From positions 32,001-96,000 of IMG/VR virus record IMGVR_UViG_3300048687_000113: a DNA stretch of 64,000 nucleotides; one strand, given 5' to 3'. Numbering within the stretch: the first letter of the stretch is position 1; each line of letters begins with the position of its first letter. The stretch comes from a virus. The notes below the pieces were generated by a model. It saw nothing but the letters and a program-made list of their open reading frames with translations. It was not told where the DNA came from and ran no database searches. Of the stretch, positions 56,140 to 64,000 are shown piece after piece. The position numbers and the translations under genes were made by a program.

Positions 56140-57231
56140 GTGGCCTACCCGAACTTCCGCCACCTGGCAGCCGACAAGATCCTCGGCATCGACTACGACA
56201 TCAAGAACCGCTACGGGTCGGGCACCTACCTGCTGCATGCCGCGATCCACGGCGGCGGCATCGAGCCGCCCACCTCCCAGCTCGCGGCCTACTGCGCCGG
56301 CGACGGCGCCTGGTACTCCTTCGAGGCCCTCAACGACCTCACCGCCCAGACCGTCAAACTGCCGGCCGTAGCCTTCGACGAGCCGTTCTGCGTCGTGAAC
56401 GCCGGCAACTCCAGCCGGACCGTGGTGTGGCACGGCGTGGACGACCAGCGCGAGGCCGAGCAGGTCACGTACATCAGCGGCGCCGACTCCGTGCTGGCCT
56501 CGCTGATCGTCCAGGAACTCGTCGCCGCCGGCTTCCAGACCGACCGCGCCCCGGTCACGTTCGAGGGCGAGACCCCGCAGAACATCTGCAACCGCAACAA
56601 GGCTCGGGCAGGTGTCCAGCTCGACCTCTCCTACACCCTGCGCAAGTCGTTCTACGCGAGCGGGGACCTCTCCACGGCCGCCCTCTCCCAGCCCGACAAC
56701 CGGCTGCCGGCCTTCTTCGCCTACGGCGACGCCATCCGCCGGGCCTGCGCCCAAGTCCCCCTGGCGAGCGACACCGACGACGTCCCGCCGGTCATCACCC
56801 AGCCGCGCACGCCCGCCAGCCAGGACGTCAGCACCGCCATGCGCACCCCCTTCGCCATCGACCACTCCGGCGGTGTCTCGGCCACCACCGACGAGCGCGA
56901 GCAGCTCGTGGACCGGGTGCACGCCCTGGTGGGCACGCTGCCCGGTGAGCGCGTCATGCGCGCCACCTACGGTGTGCCGACCTCGGCCTCCCTGTTCGCG
57001 ATCAACCCGGAGATCGCCAATGATCAGTTGCAGCGGGCCGTCATCGACGCCGTCGCGCAGTTCGAGCCGTCCGCCGTGGTCTCCGCCATCGTCGCCGACG
57101 TGAACGAGAACCTGGGCTCGGTCAACGTCAACGTCCAGGTGAGCCGCGCCGACGTGCCCGGCGCCGAGCGCGACAACACGCGGTCGGTCGGCGTCCTGGT
57201 GGGCGGCACCGTCATTTCCACTCCGGAGTAA
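56140..57231 (+). CDS. Poly-gamma-glutamate hydrolase-like domain fused to gp25 baseplate wedge
   Basis: AIHGGGIE.TSQLA, FDEP, WHG, NICNR, GVQLDL; C-terminal TLPGERVMRATYG...AVAQFEP. Confidence 0.78.
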   Translation: MAYPNFRHLAADKILGIDYDIKNRYGSGTYLLHAAIHGGGIEPPTSQLAAYCAGDGAWYSFEALNDLTAQTVKLPAVAFDEPFCVVNAGNSSRTVVWHGVDDQREAEQVTYISGADSVLASLIVQELVAAGFQTDRAPVTFEGETPQNICNRNKARAGVQLDLSYTLRKSFYASGDLSTAALSQPDNRLPAFFAYGDAIRRACAQVPLASDTDDVPPVITQPRTPASQDVSTAMRTPFAIDHSGGVSATTDEREQLVDRVHALVGTLPGERVMRATYGVPTSASLFAINPEIANDQLQRAVIDAVAQFEPSAVVSAIVADVNENLGSVNVNVQVSRADVPGAERDNTRSVGVLVGGTVISTPE

Positions 57232-57330
57232 TTAACGGGCATTCCGCCTGCCTCCGTAGAATCCCCTTATCAGGCCAGCACTCATTTCTCATTCGGTTCC
57301 GCTGGAGGAAACCGAGAGGAAGTGTGTGCC

Positions 57331-58854
57331 GTGGCAGTCGACAGCGGGTCCGTTGCGCAGATCGACTACACCTCCCGCGATTTCACGGGCTATCGCGACT
57401 CGCTGCTCCAGTACGCAACGCAGATCCTGCCGGAATGGACGAGCCGCTCACCCGCCGATTTCGGCGTGGTGATGGTGGAACTTTTCTCCTACGTCGGCGA
57501 CATCATCAGCTTCTATCAGGACAGGATCGCCGACGAATCCTTCCTCGCCACCGCCACCCAGCGCTCCAGCGTGGTGGCCATCTCCCAGCAGCTCGGATAC
57601 CAGCCGCACCCCGCGATCCCCGCGACCGGACAGGTGGCCTTCTCGCCCGCTCCCGGCCTGGTCTCCCCGGTCACGCTCGACGCCGGCACCCAGGTGATCA
57701 CGGAATACCTACCGAGCCTGGACCGGCCCATCGTCTACGAGCTGACCTCTCCCGTCGTCGTGCCGGCCTACACCACTCCCGTGCCGCAGGTCGTCGGTCT
57801 GGTCGCCGAGGGGGCCACCCAGGGCGACCGCAGTCTGGTGCTGTACCCCTCGACGTCGGGTGAGGCCGGCTCCACGGTCCGCGTCGAGGACATCGGCACC
57901 TCGGACGGCACCAAGTCGCAGACCTTCGCCCTGGCCCAGTCCCAGGCGCTGCTCGACACGGTGCGCATCTTCCTCGATGACGGGGTGGGCGGCACCGAGT
58001 GGACACGAGTCTCCGACTTCCTCCTGGTGCGCGACAGCGACCTCGTTTTCACCGCCGAGACCGACGACCAGGGCGTCACTCACGTGACGTTCGGCGACGG
58101 GACCAACGGAGCGCTGCCGGCCACCGGCATCAAGCTCACGGCGGCATACCGGACCGGGGGCGGCTCGTACGGCAACATCCCGCAGGGTTCGATCATCGAT
58201 CTCGCCGATGCGCTGCCCGGCGTCGTGGTGGCCGGCTCCGCCCCGATGGCCGGCGGCGCGGACGAGGAGCCGACCGACCAGGTCCGGGAGAACGCCCCGC
58301 GCTTGTTCCGCACGCAGGGCCGGGCGGTCTCCGCCCAGGACTACGCGGACCTGGCCCTGGCCGTGCCCGGCATCGCCGACGCCCGTGCCGTGGTCCGCTC
58401 GTCCAGCGCCGTGACCATCTATGTCGTCGGCCCGAACAACATCCTCCCGAGCGAAGGCCAGAGAGACTCCGTCGCCCAGTACGTGCAGGACCGCGCCCTG
58501 TCGGGGGTCGTGGTCAACGTGGTCAACGGCTCGCTGATCCCGGTGAACATCGGCTCCAGCACCGCGCCCGTGCTCCTGTCGGTACTGCCGCGCTATCGCC
58601 GCGACACGGTGAAGCTCGCGGTGCAGCAGGCCGTTCAGAAGGTCTTCACGCCTCCCGAGACCACGCTTTCCTCCCGTATCTCGATTTCGCACCTCTACAA
58701 GGCCATTCAGCAGGTCGCGGGCGTCGACTGGGCCGTCATTCAGCTCATGGCCCGCTCCGATCTCCCGCAGTCCGGCACCGCCGATGTCGTCTGCCGCGAC
58801 AACGAAATCCCGATCGTCGGCAACGTCGTGATCACCGCCAGCGGCGGAGTATAG
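57331..58854 (+). CDS. Baseplate J-like wedge protein
   Basis: IDYTSRDF, DFGVVMVELFSY, FGDG.NG..P, GGADEE, RAVSAQDY. Confidence 0.88.
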   Translation: MAVDSGSVAQIDYTSRDFTGYRDSLLQYATQILPEWTSRSPADFGVVMVELFSYVGDIISFYQDRIADESFLATATQRSSVVAISQQLGYQPHPAIPATGQVAFSPAPGLVSPVTLDAGTQVITEYLPSLDRPIVYELTSPVVVPAYTTPVPQVVGLVAEGATQGDRSLVLYPSTSGEAGSTVRVEDIGTSDGTKSQTFALAQSQALLDTVRIFLDDGVGGTEWTRVSDFLLVRDSDLVFTAETDDQGVTHVTFGDGTNGALPATGIKLTAAYRTGGGSYGNIPQGSIIDLADALPGVVVAGSAPMAGGADEEPTDQVRENAPRLFRTQGRAVSAQDYADLALAVPGIADARAVVRSSSAVTIYVVGPNNILPSEGQRDSVAQYVQDRALSGVVVNVVNGSLIPVNIGSSTAPVLLSVLPRYRRDTVKLAVQQAVQKVFTPPETTLSSRISISHLYKAIQQVAGVDWAVIQLMARSDLPQSGTADVVCRDNEIPIVGNVVITASGGV

Positions 58855-58865
58855 GAGCCCAGGCC

Positions 58866-59642
58866 ATGCCCGCTGTCTACCCCCTGAATGTGCGCGCCTT
58901 CACGCCGAAGACCGACAATGTCGACGTCATCTGGGCCGCCCACGTCAATGACCTCCAAAACGAGGTGTCCGCCGTCGAGCGCACCGTGGGCGCGAATCCC
59001 CATGCGTGGGGCGGCTGGTGGCCGAGCGGAAATACGAGCTGGCCGCCGAAGACCGGCACTTTCACGGTGAAGACACCCGCACCGGTACCCAACTTCGGTG
59101 CGGGAAAGATCTATTCGTCGGTGTCCGACCGCCTCAAGGCCGTGCAGCAGCAGACGACCTGGCTGACCTTGATGACATCGCTGCTGGCGGGGCAGTCCGG
59201 GCAGAAGCCCGCCCCGCCGCCGGCCGCCGTGATCCGGGCGCCGGGACTCAAGGTCCCCACAGGCGAGGGCGCGTGGACCCCCATGCGATGGGGTGCGGCC
59301 GATTACGACCCGAACAAGATGTACCACGGGGGCAGTTCCATTTACGCGCCGCAGAGCGGCTTTTGGGACATCACCGTGAATATCTGGGGCGACTCCACGG
59401 TGAGGAAGGCCAACGATCTGCACTTCTTCCATGTGCGGCTCATGCGCGGAAATGATGAGGTGGCCGGCCAGGACTCGATGGTGGAAACCCAGACGTGGAT
59501 TCGCCATCGCATCAACCTGGCCTGGCAGGGCCGTTGGAATGCGGGGGTGCCGATGCAGGTCCAGGTGAGCCAGCACGGCGCCGTCGATAAGACGGTCGAC
59601 GCCAACGCCAGCATTTCGCTGTCGTTCGTGCGCTCGTACTGA
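58866..59642 (+). CDS. Tail fibre-like protein
   Basis: AGGAG RBS; AAHVNDLQNEV.AVE..VG. Confidence 0.65.
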   Translation: MPAVYPLNVRAFTPKTDNVDVIWAAHVNDLQNEVSAVERTVGANPHAWGGWWPSGNTSWPPKTGTFTVKTPAPVPNFGAGKIYSSVSDRLKAVQQQTTWLTLMTSLLAGQSGQKPAPPPAAVIRAPGLKVPTGEGAWTPMRWGAADYDPNKMYHGGSSIYAPQSGFWDITVNIWGDSTVRKANDLHFFHVRLMRGNDEVAGQDSMVETQTWIRHRINLAWQGRWNAGVPMQVQVSQHGAVDKTVDANASISLSFVRSY

Positions 59643-59652
59643 GGGGGCCGGC

Positions 59653-62568
59653 ATGGGCGTCTACGAACTCGACATTTACGCGAAGACCCTCTACGGGGCG
59701 CCACTCTTCTTGGCGTTCGATTCCAACGTCACGGTGGAGCAGCGTGGTTACGGCGCTCTGGAGGTCGCATGGGACACCCCGGTCCAGGCTGCCGCGTCGC
59801 AGATTCTCGCCGGGGTGAAGCCCTGGACCAAGCTCCGCCTGGTGCGCAACTCCTACGGAATTCCCGACGCCGAGGATGACGGTTGGGTCATCCTGGAGAC
59901 TTCTGCCGGATCGGATGCCAACACTTTCCTGGACGACACCACGGTTCCCGGACGGGTCTACTACTACGGGGTCTTCGTCTCGACCGCGCCGGACACGTGG
60001 AACTCGACGGTCACCTATTACCCGGGGGACCTCGTCTCCTACAACTCCAGCATTTACACGGCGATCCAGGTCGGCCCGAGCGGCGCCCCCGACCTCAGTC
60101 CGACGTACTGGAGCCTGTCGCCCGTCACCGAGCAGTGGATGCGTTGCGGCGGCGGAGTCGGGCTCGCTGTGAGGGACTTCGGCAACAGCCTCCTTCTGTA
60201 CGACCACATTCCTCGGCCCTACAAGGTGGAGACGGTCGAGTCGACCGCGTCGACCATTCCCGTCAACGACCAACTCAAGCGTTTCTGCACGCTGTTCGGC
60301 TATTTCTTCGACGTCATGAAGACCGAGAACGACCAACTCCTGCGCCTGAACGATGTGCAGCGGTGTACGGACCGCCAAATCGGCCTGATAGCGCAGCAGA
60401 TGGGGATTGCGGACCGCCTTCCGTCACTGCCGGAGCTTCGCCGCACCTATGTCCGGGACGCGGCCCTCATTCAGCGCGACCGGGGCAGTACCTCCTCAAC
60501 GGCCGATCTGGTGAAGGCAGTTACCGGCTGGGACGCAGACGTATCCATTGGCTACAACGAACTGCACGACCTGGACGAAGCGTCCTTCTCCAGCCCCACC
60601 TATCCCACCTGGGCGCGCGACACCGTCTACTCCACGACGGCCGGCAGCCAGCTCTATTCGGACATCGTCCAGTACAACGGCGACCTGTACGCCGCGATCG
60701 GGACGCCTCGCCGCGAGTCGGCCTACCTCTCCTACACCGCGTCCAACCCCACACGGACCGGCAGTGGCGTCATCGTGCGCGACCCCGACCGTGTCGCCGA
60801 TCCCTACCCCGGCTACGTCCATCTCGACAACGCCGCGATCGGGGACACTCTCACCTTCATGTTCACCGCTGCCAGCGGCGGTGCCGGCGCGTACAACGTG
60901 CTCCTGGTGGCCGTCGCCGATCCGGCCGGCGGCATCATCACGGCGAAGGTCAACGGGGTCTCCGCGACCATGGCGCCGCTGGACCTGTACAGCCCGGCGC
61001 GGCAGCTCATCCCCATCCAACTCGTGGGGAACTTCAACCTGACCGCGACCGGCAACACCCTGACCCTCACCGTGACCGGGAAGAACGCGCTCTCGACCGG
61101 GTACGGGATCACCGCCAGCCATTGGATGCTCCAGGGCAGTGGGATCAACCTGAACGTCCCCCCGACAGGCCACGCGCAGTCCGCCACTTATTGGCAGGCC
61201 CTGACGCCCAACACGCTCCAGGACACTCTCACTGAGCAGAATCCGCTCACCGGCGGATACGGGAGCTGGAACCTGAGCCTGCCCACCGGGGTCGTCAATC
61301 CCGATGTCTCGTCCGGAGTGAACCCGGACTGGTGGATCTCTCCGCAGGGGGCCCGTTCCGGGACCAGCAGCCCCGGCACCGGCAACTCCCTCAACTACAC
61401 AGCGAAGACCACCTCAGGCACCCGCGAGGTCTACCTGGCCGGCCTGATCCGAGCCGGTGCATGGGACTCCACGAACACGTACGCCCCCGGCCAGGCAGTG
61501 ACCTGGAACCCCTTGGGCTGGAGCAAGCCACCCGTCTACGTGGCCAAGGCCCAGTCCGTGGGCAAGCAGCCGGACCTCAACCCCTCGAAGTGGGAGTTCA
61601 CCTCCTACACACCGAACACGTCGCCCGAGCCGAGCCGGATCATCACCGACTGCGTCCACACGCCGAAGGTCGTCTCCTGGTCCTCGACCCGGACATACGC
61701 CAAGGGAGACCGGGTGGCCTGGCGCGGCCACCTGTACGAGGCCGCGCTTCCCTCACTCGGGATCTTTCCCAGCGGCTACAACACGGACAGCCGGTGGTGG
61801 CGGTGGTGCGGGCTGAATTCGCAGCGCTACACCTTCACGCTCTACCACAACCGGAGCGCCACGGCGGCAGGAGCCGACGTCCGCCTCTTCGCGAACTTCT
61901 ACGACTCCAACGGCGGTTTCGGCGGCAGCGGCTTCCTCACCTCGGACGCCCAACTCCTCTACGACCGCTTCGAGTTGCCGGACCAGACCTACCCCAGTGG
62001 CACCGGCAGCCCGCCGGCCGGCTACGTGAAACCCGCCCTCGGACAGATGGGTGTCCCCATCCCGTGGAACGTCTCGCGGGGGAACTGGACCAATGCGCGC
62101 GGTGTCGTGCGCCCGACGAGCTGGAGTTCTGCGGCCACGCTGGAGCGCAAGGTGGGGCGCGCCCTGTGGTTCAACCGGAGCTGGGTCTACGACCCCGTCC
62201 CCGCCGGACAGACGGGCGAGCAGGCGCACGTGACGTTCATGTCCGCCCCCGACGACAGCGCCGGCGTCCTGGAGCACGGCATCGTCTTCCGCTACGGCGC
62301 GAACGCGTACTGGCTCGCCTCTCGCGACCGGCTGACCTACACCACGTTCACCGTGGTCTCCGGAGCCGTCACCGACGTCACGACCACGGTCCTCGCCACC
62401 TGGACACCGGTGAAGTCCGGCGAGCGCTTCCGCGTCGCCAACCGCACCGGCGACATGGTCGTGACAGCCCGTATCCCCGGCCAGCCGTGGCGCACGCTCG
62501 CGGCCGTCAGCGACACACGCAACAACACCGCCGTCGGCTGGGGTCTTCTGGAAAGGGTCCGCCCATGA
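59653..62568 (+). CDS. Baseplate/tail protein with carbohydrate-binding-like repeats
   Basis: W...TY..GD.V.Y/W repeats; RG...LVKAVTGW P2-gpI-like segment. Confidence 0.7.
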   Translation: MGVYELDIYAKTLYGAPLFLAFDSNVTVEQRGYGALEVAWDTPVQAAASQILAGVKPWTKLRLVRNSYGIPDAEDDGWVILETSAGSDANTFLDDTTVPGRVYYYGVFVSTAPDTWNSTVTYYPGDLVSYNSSIYTAIQVGPSGAPDLSPTYWSLSPVTEQWMRCGGGVGLAVRDFGNSLLLYDHIPRPYKVETVESTASTIPVNDQLKRFCTLFGYFFDVMKTENDQLLRLNDVQRCTDRQIGLIAQQMGIADRLPSLPELRRTYVRDAALIQRDRGSTSSTADLVKAVTGWDADVSIGYNELHDLDEASFSSPTYPTWARDTVYSTTAGSQLYSDIVQYNGDLYAAIGTPRRESAYLSYTASNPTRTGSGVIVRDPDRVADPYPGYVHLDNAAIGDTLTFMFTAASGGAGAYNVLLVAVADPAGGIITAKVNGVSATMAPLDLYSPARQLIPIQLVGNFNLTATGNTLTLTVTGKNALSTGYGITASHWMLQGSGINLNVPPTGHAQSATYWQALTPNTLQDTLTEQNPLTGGYGSWNLSLPTGVVNPDVSSGVNPDWWISPQGARSGTSSPGTGNSLNYTAKTTSGTREVYLAGLIRAGAWDSTNTYAPGQAVTWNPLGWSKPPVYVAKAQSVGKQPDLNPSKWEFTSYTPNTSPEPSRIITDCVHTPKVVSWSSTRTYAKGDRVAWRGHLYEAALPSLGIFPSGYNTDSRWWRWCGLNSQRYTFTLYHNRSATAAGADVRLFANFYDSNGGFGGSGFLTSDAQLLYDRFELPDQTYPSGTGSPPAGYVKPALGQMGVPIPWNVSRGNWTNARGVVRPTSWSSAATLERKVGRALWFNRSWVYDPVPAGQTGEQAHVTFMSAPDDSAGVLEHGIVFRYGANAYWLASRDRLTYTTFTVVSGAVTDVTTTVLATWTPVKSGERFRVANRTGDMVVTARIPGQPWRTLAAVSDTRNNTAVGWGLLERVRP

Positions 62569-64000
62569 CTGTCGCGATCCCCCTCGCATTCACGGGAACG
62601 AGCACGTCGCGCGGGGCCTTCACCCCGGCGCTGCGGCTCATCACACGGATATCCCTCGCCGGGACCAGCGTCGGCAACGGCGACCTCGCCCTGACCCAGT
62701 CCATGGTGCCCGGGGCCTTCGCCGACTTCGCCTTGATCCCGCTCAGCTCACCGGTGTACGCGGACCCGGCCTTCACGCACGTCACCTCGGCCGTGTACCG
62801 GCCCGGCGGCAGCGGTGACACCCCCAACCAGTGGCGGCGCCTGTCCCTGTCGCTGACCGTGCCCAACAGTGAGTACAGCCCCGGCCCCCTGGGACGCATC
62901 TACGGCATCTTCGACCAGGCCCGGCTCGGCATCGGCTCCACCAACATGGCCCTCAACGAGACGCACCAGATCGCCTACGCGCAATTCGAGAAGACGCCGC
63001 CCGGCACCGACCCGGACACCAACCAGTTCGGCAGCAACCTGTTCACGCTGGAGCAGGCGTCGTACGAGGGCCGCATGCTCTACGCCCCCACCGGTAGCGC
63101 GGGCGAGACGAACTACATGACGTTCGCCCGCAGCACCGAGCGCGCCTCCTGCGGCGCCTACGCCGGCAAGTTCGTGTACCAGGCGCCGCCTCCGACGAAC
63201 GCCTACACGGCCGTGCAGAACTTCGGGTCGTACCCGAACCTGCGCGCCCGCCGGCAGACCTACGCCGACGTCAAGTACCGCGCGTTCACCACCGACGACG
63301 CCCTGCCCGGCACCACCCCGAGCACCGACGCCGGCGGCACCCCGATCGCCGCACCGGCCGTGCTCACGCTCAACCCGCTCCAGGCCGCGTTCGTGCGCGT
63401 CGAGCCGGGCGTCACCTACCAGGCACAGATCTCGGTGGCCACCGAGGTGGCAGGGCAACAGTTCACGTGCGCGATCCTGCGCTACGACGCCAACTTCAAC
63501 CTCATCGGCACCTACGCGACGGGGGCGACGGCGGTGACAACGGCCGGCGGCTTCAAATGGCAGCAGGCCAGCGCTCAGCTCCAGATGGAGGACACCGCCG
63601 TGTGGGCGGCCGTCGTGCCGCGAGTGACCAGCGGCGGCGCGAGCCGGTTCGTGTTCTACGTGGACGAGCACCGCATATGGGTGCCCTCGACCCTGGCGAC
63701 GAAAAAGGCCAGCGCATCGCCGTCGCGCACCTGGCAGCCGCCCCGCCAGCTCACCCTCAAGCTCCGCGCGACGCGCGTGAACTACGTTACGAACCCCAGC
63801 TTCCAGAACAGCGTCGCGGGCTGGAGCCAGGTCAAGGACCCGAGCCTGACGTCCACGGTCAGCCTGGTGACGGGCGGCGGCATCGTCGGGAACGCCGGAT
63901 CGTTCAGCATGGCCACCGCCCCGTCCGCCACCCTGATCAGCGGCCTGTCGCCGCGCACCGGCGTCACCAGTGTGGTCGGACAGAGCGCACTCATCAGCCG
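62565..64000 (+). CDS. Large tail/baseplate protein, truncated by window edge (MTVAIPLAF...)
   Basis: ATGA overlap; open to window end; RVNYVTNPSF motif. Confidence 0.7.
   Translation, partial: MTVAIPLAFTGTSTSRGAFTPALRLITRISLAGTSVGNGDLALTQSMVPGAFADFALIPLSSPVYADPAFTHVTSAVYRPGGSGDTPNQWRRLSLSLTVPNSEYSPGPLGRIYGIFDQARLGIGSTNMALNETHQIAYAQFEKTPPGTDPDTNQFGSNLFTLEQASYEGRMLYAPTGSAGETNYMTFARSTERASCGAYAGKFVYQAPPPTNAYTAVQNFGSYPNLRARRQTYADVKYRAFTTDDALPGTTPSTDAGGTPIAAPAVLTLNPLQAAFVRVEPGVTYQAQISVATEVAGQQFTCAILRYDANFNLIGTYATGATAVTTAGGFKWQQASAQLQMEDTAVWAAVVPRVTSGGASRFVFYVDEHRIWVPSTLATKKASASPSRTWQPPRQLTLKLRATRVNYVTNPSFQNSVAGWSQVKDPSLTSTVSLVTGGGIVGNAGSFSMATAPSATLISGLSPRTGVTSVVGQSALIS

Larger units (their letters stand above)
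1..64000. mobile_element. Large temperate myophage / phage-plasmid of an actinomycete (Streptomyces-like); both ends lie outside the window
   Basis: Terminase-portal-scaffold-capsid-sheath-tube-tape measure-baseplate synteny at 32.5-64 kb, tyrosine recombinase, dense small-ORF operons, Streptomyces-type XRE/DUF397 pair. Confidence 0.92.

Noticed and set aside
32533-63994. Long minus-strand ORFs in the virion module, and plus-strand ORFs over 1-12.5 kb
   Set aside because: Antisense shadow ORFs typical of high-GC DNA
45329-64000. Extracellular contractile injection system / tailocin
   Set aside because: Terminase, portal, scaffold and capsid genes lie in the same operon, so this is a phage tail
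1-64000. tRNA/rRNA genes, endolysin, replication genes
   Set aside because: None recognised; they may lie outside the window

Overview
High-GC, Streptomyces-like window made up entirely of a large temperate myophage or phage-plasmid. No clear host housekeeping DNA or att junction is visible. Layout: (1) 1-12.5 kb, a leftward operon of about 20 small hypothetical early-type genes; (2) 12.5-15.3 kb, a non-coding stretch with a probable ~1 kb structured RNA and an origin/packaging-like region; (3) 15.3-32.5 kb, accessory and regulatory genes: a cas-less type I-E-like CRISPR mini-array, a hairpin-repeat array, an FN3 protein, a WhiJ-like XRE/DUF397/HATPase triad, thymidylate kinase, an XRE-TPR regulator, a KTSC protein and a tyrosine recombinase; (4) 32.5-64 kb, the virion module: terminase, portal, scaffold, capsid, head-tail proteins, sheath, tube, chaperones, tape measure, baseplate and fibres. 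Best leads: the portal gene is split exactly at a rare TTA (bldA) codon flanked by matched GAA/GAG codons, suggesting a developmentally gated ribosomal bypass; the orphan CRISPR mini-array has spacers of 32/32/20/20/20/38 nt (steps of 6) with its own promoter and terminator; there is a large GNRA-rich ncRNA candidate; and late genes carry RBS-sequestering leader hairpins. Protein family calls come from motif recognition only; no database searches were run.
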